Source: Candidatus Woesearchaeota archaeon
GTDB lineage: Archaea; Nanobdellota; Nanobdellia; Woesearchaeales; GW2011-AR9
Assembly (NCBI GenBank): GCA_013331555.1
Contig: DUGB01000134.1
Coordinates: 244 to 42,027, forward strand
DNA: 41,784 bases
Direction of reading: 5' to 3'
The notes under the pieces were generated by a model. It worked only from the letters and a program-made list of their open reading frames with translations. It was not told the origin of the DNA and searched no databases. Positions within the stretch are counted from its first letter, which is position 1. Each line of letters begins with the position of its first letter. Below, one piece after another: positions 34,685 to 41,784 of this stretch. A program made the position numbers and the translations under genes.

Positions 34685-35350
34685 ATGGTTTGGAAAACAG
34701 ATTCGTTTTATACCGGAAACTATGAGCCACGGCGATTACCCGTTGCGCAACCGTATCAGCAAGGTTCAGTCATCGCTCATGTTGAACGGGTGGAGAAGCA
34801 ACGAGTTTCAAGACAGCGAGAGAATGAAAAAGTTGAACGATTGTTTAGAATTGATGACAATATTTTAGGATACAATCTTGACGGGCAAAGAGTATTTGTC
34901 CGCTGTCAGCAAAATGAACGAGCATTTGATGTGTATATTGCGCTGCCTTTTGTCAAAGGAATGACCGAACGTGAGACAGGTAGAACCATGATTATTCTCG
35001 GAAGTGAAGCTCATCATGGAGAGGCCATGGTCAAGCAATTTCCCGGAGCAGTCTGGAATGATGTTGAGGATCAGAGGAGTTATGGCAATACCATTCGCTG
35101 GATTAATGTCGGTGATACAACGCAAGGATTTATTGGGATGGATTACAATCCAAATGCTGCGGCTGACAAAGGAGTGGCGACTTCTCTTGACGATGTATAT
35201 TTTGTTGCCCGAACATTGGTGGGGATTGGGTATGATACCCGAAAGCGATTGTTCTTGTTGAAACCACCGTATATTGTTGAACGAGAAGAAGGCAAAGTAC
35301 TACGCCAACGAGGTTTGAACACGTTGGACGATTATTGCCGCCATCATTAA
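34685..35350 (+). CDS. hypothetical protein
   Basis: 221-aa ORF with the conserved 5' motif, the 3' complementary motif and a strong terminator. No motif recognised. Confidence 0.5.
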   Translation: MVWKTDSFYTGNYEPRRLPVAQPYQQGSVIAHVERVEKQRVSRQRENEKVERLFRIDDNILGYNLDGQRVFVRCQQNERAFDVYIALPFVKGMTERETGRTMIILGSEAHHGEAMVKQFPGAVWNDVEDQRSYGNTIRWINVGDTTQGFIGMDYNPNAAADKGVATSLDDVYFVARTLVGIGYDTRKRLFLLKPPYIVEREEGKVLRQRGLNTLDDYCRHH

Positions 35351-35356
35351 TTCCTA

Positions 35357-35367
35357 CTTCCGCCAAG
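35357..35367 (-). repeat. reverse-complement copy of the motif (CTTCCGCCAAG), 6 nt after the stop at 35350
   Basis: Exact reverse complement of the first 11 nt of the 5' motif. Confidence 0.75.
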
Positions 35368-35372
35368 GAAGA

Positions 35373-35419
35373 TGCCTGCTCTTCTTTTCAACTGAAAGGA
35401 GGGGCAGGCACATTTTTTT
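35373..35419 (+). terminator. long hairpin + T7 run
   Basis: TGCCTGCTCTTCTTT-tcaactg-AAAGGAGGGGCAGGCA forms about 16 bp including G-U pairs, followed by CATTTTTTT. Sits between convergent genes. Confidence 0.6.
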
Positions 35420-35446
35420 AAAGTACTTCGAAGAAGGTAATGTGTC

Positions 35447-35836
35447 CTAAACTTTGATTATACAACTTCTTAAATAATCATAATTAGAAAGCAAGGAAGG
35501 ATTCATTTCTCTCTTTATATCAATTAAATGTACATGCCGAAATCCCTGATGGTCAGCATAATTTCCTCTCTCTACTAAAGAATTGTAGACTCTTTGCATC
35601 ATTGTTATAACCATAAAAGAAACTACTCCACCGTTAGCTTCAATGGTTGTAGCTACTTGTTGCATTTTGCTTCGACAAGTTTGATCATCAATAACGGCTT
35701 CTAGTTTTCCAGTCTCATCAGAATGAGCTGTGTTGATGTAATGGCCGATAATTTTTTCTTCCCTAAGATTTAAAATATCATCACCATCAAAAAATATGAA
35801 AACATTACTACTACCAGTATGAGTATAACCTAACAT
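35447..35836 (-). CDS. hypothetical protein
   Basis: 129-aa ORF, AT-rich compared with the flanking genes. No motif recognised. Confidence 0.4.
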   Translation of the reverse strand: MLGYTHTGSSNVFIFFDGDDILNLREEKIIGHYINTAHSDETGKLEAVIDDQTCRSKMQQVATTIEANGGVVSFMVITMMQRVYNSLVERGNYADHQGFRHVHLIDIKREMNPSLLSNYDYLRSCIIKV

Positions 35837-35891
35837 AAATCGAAAAAAGGATAACGCTTTTTATACTTTTATTCAAAAATTAAAGATTCTC

Positions 35892-36545
35892 TTAAGCAGC
35901 ATACGCTCTAGGCTCATTCGCGCTTTGATATTGTCCTTTCTGAAACGGAATGACAATCGCAAGAGGTTTCTCTTGGTGATTGCCTCGATCTGTTCGTTGC
36001 TGTTGTTCTCGCTGACCAGAAATTTCATGCAGTTGCTGATATCGTTGACGTTCAGGTCCTTCAGCATGCTGCATTTGCTGTGCAAAGTAGTCTTTCAACA
36101 GTCCTTCGACATCTGCTTCAGCATCATAACCGGCGGCGTGAGCTAATTCATGGCTTAAGACATATTCAACCATACTCTGAGGGTCAAGATGATATCGATC
36201 AGCCATTTCTTGAACTCGTTCTTCAAAAGAACGACCGTTATAGTTACCGACCAGAACGCCTTCAAGTCCGTTATGAATGACGGCGGCGACAGCATGGTCA
36301 GGTAAGTATCCTGCACCAACACCTCGAAGAGCAATAGGATTTTTCCCATGCCGTTGAAGATAATCAGTAAGATTATGACCTTCTTGTGATGCTAAAAATT
36401 GTTCTACACGACCATACATATCTGTTGCGTGTGCTTGTTGAGTTGGATCAATTGATCTTTGGACAGAATCATCGTTAGCAGCAGCCCAAGGCTGGTGGTA
36501 AAGTTGTTCATCTAAATTTTGTTGTTGTGACATTTCTTTTCTCAT
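35892..36545 (-). CDS. hypothetical Gln-rich protein with HExxH motif (possible metallopeptidase-like fold)
   Basis: YVLSHELAHAAGYDAEADVE contains HExxH. The C-terminal region is Gln/Arg-rich. Lies directly downstream of the 711-aa phosphoesterase gene. Confidence 0.45.
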   Translation of the reverse strand: MRKEMSQQQNLDEQLYHQPWAAANDDSVQRSIDPTQQAHATDMYGRVEQFLASQEGHNLTDYLQRHGKNPIALRGVGAGYLPDHAVAAVIHNGLEGVLVGNYNGRSFEERVQEMADRYHLDPQSMVEYVLSHELAHAAGYDAEADVEGLLKDYFAQQMQHAEGPERQRYQQLHEISGQREQQQRTDRGNHQEKPLAIVIPFQKGQYQSANEPRAYAA

Positions 36546-36603
36546 ATGGTGCTCAAAGGCAAAGAAGATTAAAAGTGTTGCGGAAAGAAGTGGGACGTTT
36601 TGG

Positions 36604-38739
36604 TCAGTTCACCGTTCTTCCATACGCATCACGTTGGGTAAGAGGTAAACGATCTTCTCTGGGCTGTCGGCCAGGAGTGATTCGTTGTTCTTCTCTCTGG
36701 TAGGGATTAGGTGCATCGGGTTGAATTTCTGAATCTGGTGGAGACATCTGCCGGCGCAAAGCTTGACTAAACTGTTCACGAGAGAGAGGAGTATACCCAG
36801 TCACACCATCAAATACTTTTTTCGGCTGAGGAACTATATTTCTTCCATCGGGAGAGAGGACACCATAATTCCCATTGCCAATGTCAACAACTGGCCCGCC
36901 CTGATTAACATAATTTTGCAGATTGTCACGAAGTTCATCTGCAAGAGCAGCACGTTCTTGTTCAAGTGCTTGTGGTGTCTCGCGGGCAGGCATTTTGATG
37001 CCTAACAATTTTTCTAATTCCGAAGAAGTACGTTTTCGTGGAATGTACGATGAATCTTTCACAAAGAGGCCACTACTTTCAAGATCATCACTCGTAAGCA
37101 ATCCCGTTGAACCTTGTTGAGCAAGTGTTTTAGCCCAAAGTCCGATGGCTTCTTCATAGAGAAAAGTGCGCTTTGCTCTGTAACCTTGAGGGGCATGGAC
37201 TAAGGCCATCTCGGTGAAGTCTTTAGCAGTCAGTCGGGATAAGATCATTTGTTGATGGGTTTTCTGAATGTGTTTCTGAACATGACGGACGACTGAAGAA
37301 CCCCAATCGTAGGGAATCATCCCATCGTTCACACGAAGTAAACGGCGAAGGTCACTTGAATCAATGTCATAGGCAAAACCAAGAACGGCATTTTGATAAA
37401 ATTGACGTTCTTCATCATTGCGAGCTAAGCGATCAATATCAACACGAACAGCAACGGCGGCTTTCTTCACGAGCAATTGCTGAGCTTTAGTAATTTTTTC
37501 ATCTAATGATGTTTGTTCATGCTGTAATGAATCAAAAATAAGTTTCAAATCTTCGCCGCGCTGTTCGACATATTCATTAACAAGCGCGAAATTCTGACGG
37601 ACACGTTGATCTTTTTCTTGAGCAGAGCGAAGAGCAGCATAATTAAATGACATGCCTCTCTTAACTAATGACTGAGTAGGATCGAGATCACGAACATCGC
37701 TAAAAGAAGGTTTGAAGTGATCAAGAATAACCTCGCCGACTTTTTGAGAGGTTACTTTTTTGGCATTATAATCAGGAGTGTGGATAGCATGAAGCATAAC
37801 TGTTTGAGTTCCATCGTAGTGATCAAGAATATGATATTCCTGAACGTGTTGAATATCTCCGGTGTCAGTATCAGCATCCACCGTACAGAAACCTGCACGG
37901 AAACCTTTGTTGTGATGACGAGCGCCAACACCAGGACTTACTTCTAAAACACCATATTGGTTGAAAACCATTCTAAACCGATCGTGTTTGTGACCAGAAA
38001 AAATTGCTTTCGGTAATGGTTGACCTTGGACATATAACTGTTTAAGAGTCCGTTCTGCCCAACGAGTACCGAGATCTATGTGATCATCAACATCTGTTCG
38101 GGGAGTCCAAGGAACGTGTGAAATAATCCATTGTGGTTGTTTAGCAAGAACTTCACCCCACTTGGAATGATGATATTGTTCGGTCTCCGGATGATCTGCA
38201 CCGGCATCGTTTTCTGCTCCGAGTTTTAAAGGTAGTCGAAGTCCTGGCCGTGAACCTCCGCCACCCGTAACGCCCATGGTGATGCCGTCAAGAGTTCGAA
38301 CTCCATTGAGCATATAACCTTGACCAAGCGCTTTTTCTAATGAACTTGTACGATCCCAGTTGCCCGCAGTAACAACACCAAGGTTCATACTAGAATTGTT
38401 GACAAGGTTAGCAAGATATTCATATTGACCGCGTGATACTTTTTCTGCGGTTCTAATTGCATTGTCATGAGCCTTTGCAATACTCTTAATTTGCTCATCG
38501 GAATAACGACCCTGAAGAGCATCAGCGTGAACTGGACTTTGAGATTCTAAAAGATGCTGAAGAGCAAGTTCTGCGCGAACATTAGCATCTTCTGTCAATG
38601 GAGACAGAGAATGATAGGAAATATCACCTAAATGATTGAAGTGTTTTGCACCGGCTCGGACGCCAGCATTGACAATAGCTTCGAGATGTTCAGATCCGTG
38701 CGTATCTGTTGCAAAGAGATATCGTTGTATGCCACCCAT
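36604..38739 (-). CDS. large protein: N-terminal calcineurin-like metallophosphoesterase domain + ~400-aa unknown C-terminal region
   Basis: Metallophosphatase motifs in order: FATDTHGS (DxH), HLGDISYH (GD), VVTAGNWDR (GNH/D-like), FSGHKHDRF (GH.H). No motif recognised in the C-terminal two thirds. Confidence 0.6.
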   Translation of the reverse strand: MGGIQRYLFATDTHGSEHLEAIVNAGVRAGAKHFNHLGDISYHSLSPLTEDANVRAELALQHLLESQSPVHADALQGRYSDEQIKSIAKAHDNAIRTAEKVSRGQYEYLANLVNNSSMNLGVVTAGNWDRTSSLEKALGQGYMLNGVRTLDGITMGVTGGGGSRPGLRLPLKLGAENDAGADHPETEQYHHSKWGEVLAKQPQWIISHVPWTPRTDVDDHIDLGTRWAERTLKQLYVQGQPLPKAIFSGHKHDRFRMVFNQYGVLEVSPGVGARHHNKGFRAGFCTVDADTDTGDIQHVQEYHILDHYDGTQTVMLHAIHTPDYNAKKVTSQKVGEVILDHFKPSFSDVRDLDPTQSLVKRGMSFNYAALRSAQEKDQRVRQNFALVNEYVEQRGEDLKLIFDSLQHEQTSLDEKITKAQQLLVKKAAVAVRVDIDRLARNDEERQFYQNAVLGFAYDIDSSDLRRLLRVNDGMIPYDWGSSVVRHVQKHIQKTHQQMILSRLTAKDFTEMALVHAPQGYRAKRTFLYEEAIGLWAKTLAQQGSTGLLTSDDLESSGLFVKDSSYIPRKRTSSELEKLLGIKMPARETPQALEQERAALADELRDNLQNYVNQGGPVVDIGNGNYGVLSPDGRNIVPQPKKVFDGVTGYTPLSREQFSQALRRQMSPPDSEIQPDAPNPYQREEQRITPGRQPREDRLPLTQRDAYGRTVN

Positions 38740-38802
38740 TTTATGGGTGTAGAAGAGGGTTTTGTTTATAAATGTTTTGATGTATTTACTACTTATTAGT
38801 GT

Positions 38803-39147
38803 TTAAAATAACGAAAACAATTTTTCTTTCATTTGGGCAAGAAAAGTGACCTGGACTTGACCGATTTTCTTGAGAAGAAGTTTTTTATTGATTTTAAAAA
38901 TAGTGTCAACTTTGACAACACAAAGATCGTGAAGTTCGCCAGAAAGAAGAGTTTCTGGAGAGATCAAGAGAGTATATTTTTCTTTGGTGAGATTTGAGGT
39001 GATAGCACAGACGATGACGTCATCTGAGGAAGAGTTAAAATTATTGTGCGAGACAACAAGAACAGGTCTTACTTTCTGACCGCTTAAGTCTGAGAAAGGA
39101 AAAGGAACAAGCCAAATCTCACTTTGGTTTACAGATATTTTTTCCAT
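38803..39147 (-). CDS. PemK/MazF-family type II toxin (endoribonuclease)
   Basis: SEIWLVPFPFSDLSGQKVRPVLVVSHNNFN...VIVCAITSN is the typical MazF/PemK signature. 19-nt overlap with the upstream antitoxin ORF. Confidence 0.75.
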   Translation of the reverse strand: MEKISVNQSEIWLVPFPFSDLSGQKVRPVLVVSHNNFNSSSDDVIVCAITSNLTKEKYTLLISPETLLSGELHDLCVVKVDTIFKINKKLLLKKIGQVQVTFLAQMKEKLFSLF

Positions 39148-39401
39148 ACCTTATCATCCTGAGAATTAGACCACACATTCAAGAGGTTTTTTTCGGCAAG
39201 AACTTGCCAGCCTTCTTGTTCTGAATCTTTCTTCTTATGATCTTTGAGTCCTTCTAAGAAGTCATTCTCTCGTTCTACAATAAGCTTATTTTCTTTCTCA
39301 ATGACAACTAAAGTTGAACCTTCAACGATCTGCAAGTGTTTACGGATATTTTCAGGAATGACAATCTGACCTCGCGATGATACTTTAACAGTTCCAATCA
39401 T
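39129..39401 (-). CDS. AbrB/MazE/SpoVT-family antitoxin
   Basis: VKVSSRGQIVIPENIRKHLQIVEGSTLVVIEKENKLIVER is a swapped-hairpin AbrB-like domain. Confidence 0.7.
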   Translation of the reverse strand: MIGTVKVSSRGQIVIPENIRKHLQIVEGSTLVVIEKENKLIVERENDFLEGLKDHKKKDSEQEGWQVLAEKNLLNVWSNSQDDKVWKKYL

Positions 39402-39557
39402 AATATGAATAGTAAGAACATACTTATTTATAAGATTTGTGGAGAATTATGGATTATTGTACTGACTCAAACGCCCCACCTCTAACCATAAGATATATAA
39501 TATATAAACACTCTATTGTGGGGTTACAAACGGATTGTCTCAGGAGGAAAGATTCAC

Positions 39558-41477
39558 ATGATAAAGAAAAATGCATCCAAATCATTTAAGCCTAAAAATA
39601 TCAAAGCGGTTGGCCAGCCGGAACAAGCTGGAACGAGCGTTGAAAATGTTCTTCCCCCTTCTTCTATGCCTAAACTTCCTCCGGAAATGGAAAAGAAACT
39701 CCAAGCGTTGAAGGAGAAGCTTGATGTTTTCAAGAAACAATTATTAGAAAAGTTTGGTGATTATATCGTTGGAATCACACTTCTTCCTCCAGAAAAACCG
39801 TTGCCAAAACCAGGAGAAGATCCTGCGAAGGTGATGACTCCTCCACCTCTCGATGAGAAGAATCAGAAACTCGACATTTTAGTTGTTGTTGATGACACGA
39901 CATCGAAAAAGATGACCAAAGATGAGTTGTACAATAAGTTCTCCGGTATTGTCAAAAAAACAGCTGAAGAAGTTGACAAAAATATTAACGCCCAAAGTAT
40001 GTTATTGACAGATCTATGGTTGAATTGTTATGATGCCAAATATGATGTGAATCGTTTGATTTCGATGGGAGCGCCGATTTATGACACCGGAATGCTTGCC
40101 GCCATTAAAATTGCAGAAATTCACAAAAGCATGGTTATTAAGAAATTTGAGAAGTATATTCTCAGTTATGTTCTGGCGGGCTCATTGACACAAGGGCGCG
40201 CAACACCGACGTCGGACATTGACGTCTGGATCGTGATTGATGATACCGATGTCAAAAAAATGACCAGAGTAGAATTAAAAGACAAATTACGTGCGATCAT
40301 TATTGGAATGGGAATCGAAGCCGGAGAAATGACCGGGATCAAGAATAAATTGAATATCCAAGTTTATATCTTAACCGATTTCTGGGATTCATTAAAAGAA
40401 GCGAATCCAATCATCTTTACATTATTGCGTGACGGTGTCCCATTCTATGACCGCGGGATTTTCATGCCGTGGAAACAATTGTTACGCATGGGTCGAATTA
40501 AGCCTAGTCGAGAAGCAATTGACTTATTTATGAGCAGCGGCGAGCAAAGTATTAGCCGAGTCAAGTTAAGACTCAAAGATATGGGAATGGAAGATACATA
40601 TTATGCAATCTTAACTCCATCTCAGGCAGCAATTATGCTGTATGGATTACCTCCTCCAACACCGCGTGAAACACCCGAAGTAATGGAAGATATTTTTGTC
40701 AAGAAAGAAAAGATGCTCGAACCAGAATATGTAAAGATTTTGAAAAATAATGTGGAAATCCGTAAGAAAATTGAACACGGCGATAAAAAAGAACTAACGG
40801 GAAAAGAATTAGACGATTTAGTTTCCGATGCAGAGAAGTTTCTGAAACGAATCAGAGAACTGTTTACAGAAATAGAAGCGCTTCACGATAAGAAAAGTGT
40901 AGTATTATTGTACGATGAAGTCATGACCCTTGTTCGTGATATTTTGAAAAGCGAAAAAGTAGAGAAAGTTCGTGATGAAGATATCGTGAAAGTCTTTGAA
41001 GAGCAGATGATTACAACAGGTAAGATTCCTTCACGTTATTTACGCGATGTGCAGGAGATTGTGGACATCAAACAGAAGCATGATGAACATAAGCTCAACA
41101 AAAATGATATTGAACTTGTCCGCAAAAATACCGGAGGATTAATTCGGTTTTTAGTCGAGCAGATTCAACGCAAACGTGGAAGAGAACTGGAACGAGCGAA
41201 AGTACGGGTGAAGTATGGCGACAAATATGGAGAAGTCGTTTTACTTGAAAAAATGGCGTTTGTCATCCACGATATTGATGCAAAAGAACTGCGTGTAGAG
41301 AGAGCAGAAATACAAGCAGATGGAGGCTTAGGACCGCTGGTTGGAAGTTCCATGAAAGAATTGGAAGAAGCGCTTGTGAATCAAAAGTTTCCTGCCCGCG
41401 TGTTTATCAAAGATCCGATCTTCGAGGATTTGAAAACGATCTTTGGACGACATGTTGAAGTACTTCTTAGTTACTAA
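39558..41477 (+). CDS. large Pol-beta-superfamily nucleotidyltransferase domain protein (possibly two NTase-like modules plus helical HEPN-like C-terminus)
   Basis: ORF 39516..41477 starts at TTG. Start moved to ATG 39558, preceded by AGGAGG. NTase motif GSLTQGRATPTSDIDVWIVIDDTD, and an earlier degenerate copy LDILVVVDDTT. R-x4-H (EIRKKIEHG) lies in the helical C-terminal half. Confidence 0.55.
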   Translation: MIKKNASKSFKPKNIKAVGQPEQAGTSVENVLPPSSMPKLPPEMEKKLQALKEKLDVFKKQLLEKFGDYIVGITLLPPEKPLPKPGEDPAKVMTPPPLDEKNQKLDILVVVDDTTSKKMTKDELYNKFSGIVKKTAEEVDKNINAQSMLLTDLWLNCYDAKYDVNRLISMGAPIYDTGMLAAIKIAEIHKSMVIKKFEKYILSYVLAGSLTQGRATPTSDIDVWIVIDDTDVKKMTRVELKDKLRAIIIGMGIEAGEMTGIKNKLNIQVYILTDFWDSLKEANPIIFTLLRDGVPFYDRGIFMPWKQLLRMGRIKPSREAIDLFMSSGEQSISRVKLRLKDMGMEDTYYAILTPSQAAIMLYGLPPPTPRETPEVMEDIFVKKEKMLEPEYVKILKNNVEIRKKIEHGDKKELTGKELDDLVSDAEKFLKRIRELFTEIEALHDKKSVVLLYDEVMTLVRDILKSEKVEKVRDEDIVKVFEEQMITTGKIPSRYLRDVQEIVDIKQKHDEHKLNKNDIELVRKNTGGLIRFLVEQIQRKRGRELERAKVRVKYGDKYGEVVLLEKMAFVIHDIDAKELRVERAEIQADGGLGPLVGSSMKELEEALVNQKFPARVFIKDPIFEDLKTIFGRHVEVLLSY

Positions 41478-41529
41478 TTGGTAGTAAATTTAGAAAAGTT
41501 TATATAGTTTTATTTTTTCTATTTTAGTT

Positions 41530-41784
41530 ATGTCAATTACTCTCTATGAAGGAAAATGTGATTATTGCAATGGAAGAGTTTCACCTAGAAACAATGCAGT
41601 ATACTTTAATGGACTGTTAACTGCTCTCCAAGATGGAAGATATCCAAATGAATTCATAGCCAAGGGAGCACTGCTTGATCATCTTGGATATCATGGATTA
41701 TATAGACACCTAATGCCAACAGCAGATTGTCATGGGAGTCGATCAAGACAAAGTGTCTTACAACCCAAGTTTGACAGTTTGCCA
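41530..41784 (+). CDS. partial ORF (5' end only), hypothetical Cys/His-containing protein
   Basis: Hand translation MSITLYEGKCDYCNGRVSPRNNAVYFNG...ADCHGSRSRQ... stays open to the window edge (85 codons). Absent from the ORF track because no stop is reached. Confidence 0.3.
   Translation, partial: MSITLYEGKCDYCNGRVSPRNNAVYFNGLLTALQDGRYPNEFIAKGALLDHLGYHGLYRHLMPTADCHGSRSRQSVLQPKFDSLP

Noticed and set aside
34236-34868. ORFs 34236..34730 (-) and 34605..34868 (+) crossing the MBL-gene terminator region
   Set aside because: They run through the hairpin/T-run terminator and the conserved 5' motif, and they overlap better-supported genes. No motifs were recognised.
34596-35419. Hairpin + T-run terminators as evidence that the contig is bacterial
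   Set aside because: Intron-containing tRNAs, TATA-box promoters, class III pilins and archaeal-type genes elsewhere in the same contig argue for an archaeal host. The terminators more likely reflect the local origin of this block or simple oligo-T termination.
36571-36590. Possible fifth, degenerate copy of the CTTGGCGGAAG motif (plus strand TTGCGGAAAGAAG; minus strand CTTCTTTCCGCAA about 20 nt after the stop of the 711-aa gene)
   Set aside because: It aligns with the motif only with gaps and mismatches, and there is no matching 5' partner upstream of the minus-strand genes. It is too weak to count.
1-41784. CRISPR arrays, rRNA genes, transposases/IS elements
   Set aside because: I saw no regularly spaced direct repeats, no rRNA-like conserved stretches, and no DDE or serine/tyrosine recombinase motifs in any frame inspected.

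Overview
AT-rich archaeal chromosome segment, probably from a small-genome DPANN-type archaeon. Supporting signs: intron-containing tRNA genes, TTTAWATA TATA boxes about 26 nt upstream of both tRNA genes, class III signal-peptide pilins with an A24 prepilin peptidase, and DUF460-, NMD3-, DUF1931- and Lrp-like genes. Blocks: (1) 0.1-5.6 kb pilus/surface locus. (2) 7.1-16.1 kb minus-strand NAD salvage/recycling cluster: NrtR-like regulator, unknown, PncB, PncA, SPFH protein, a NAD-kinase-like gene split by a -1 frame change at a T_TTT_TTA heptamer, ADP-ribosylglycohydrolase, NadE, NadM-Nudix. An AGTGT-N7-ACACT box abuts the TATA box at two promoters and recurs inside the cluster. (3) 17.0-21.2 kb: two tRNA genes, one apparently with two introns, next to a very AT-rich islet encoding an HNH nuclease, an unknown coiled-coil protein and a compact SNF2 helicase. 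(4) 21.3-33.5 kb mixed housekeeping, secreted and regulatory genes, with intergenic regions rich in long inverted repeats. (5) 33.6-38.7 kb block, G+C-richer by eye, of uncharacterised metallo-hydrolase-like genes. Two of them are each bracketed by a 16-nt 5' motif and its reverse complement just after the stop codon, followed by hairpin plus T-run terminators. (6) MazEF-type toxin-antitoxin pair and a large nucleotidyltransferase protein. No rRNA, CRISPR array, transposase or integrase was recognised. All functional calls come from motif recognition by eye; no database search was run.
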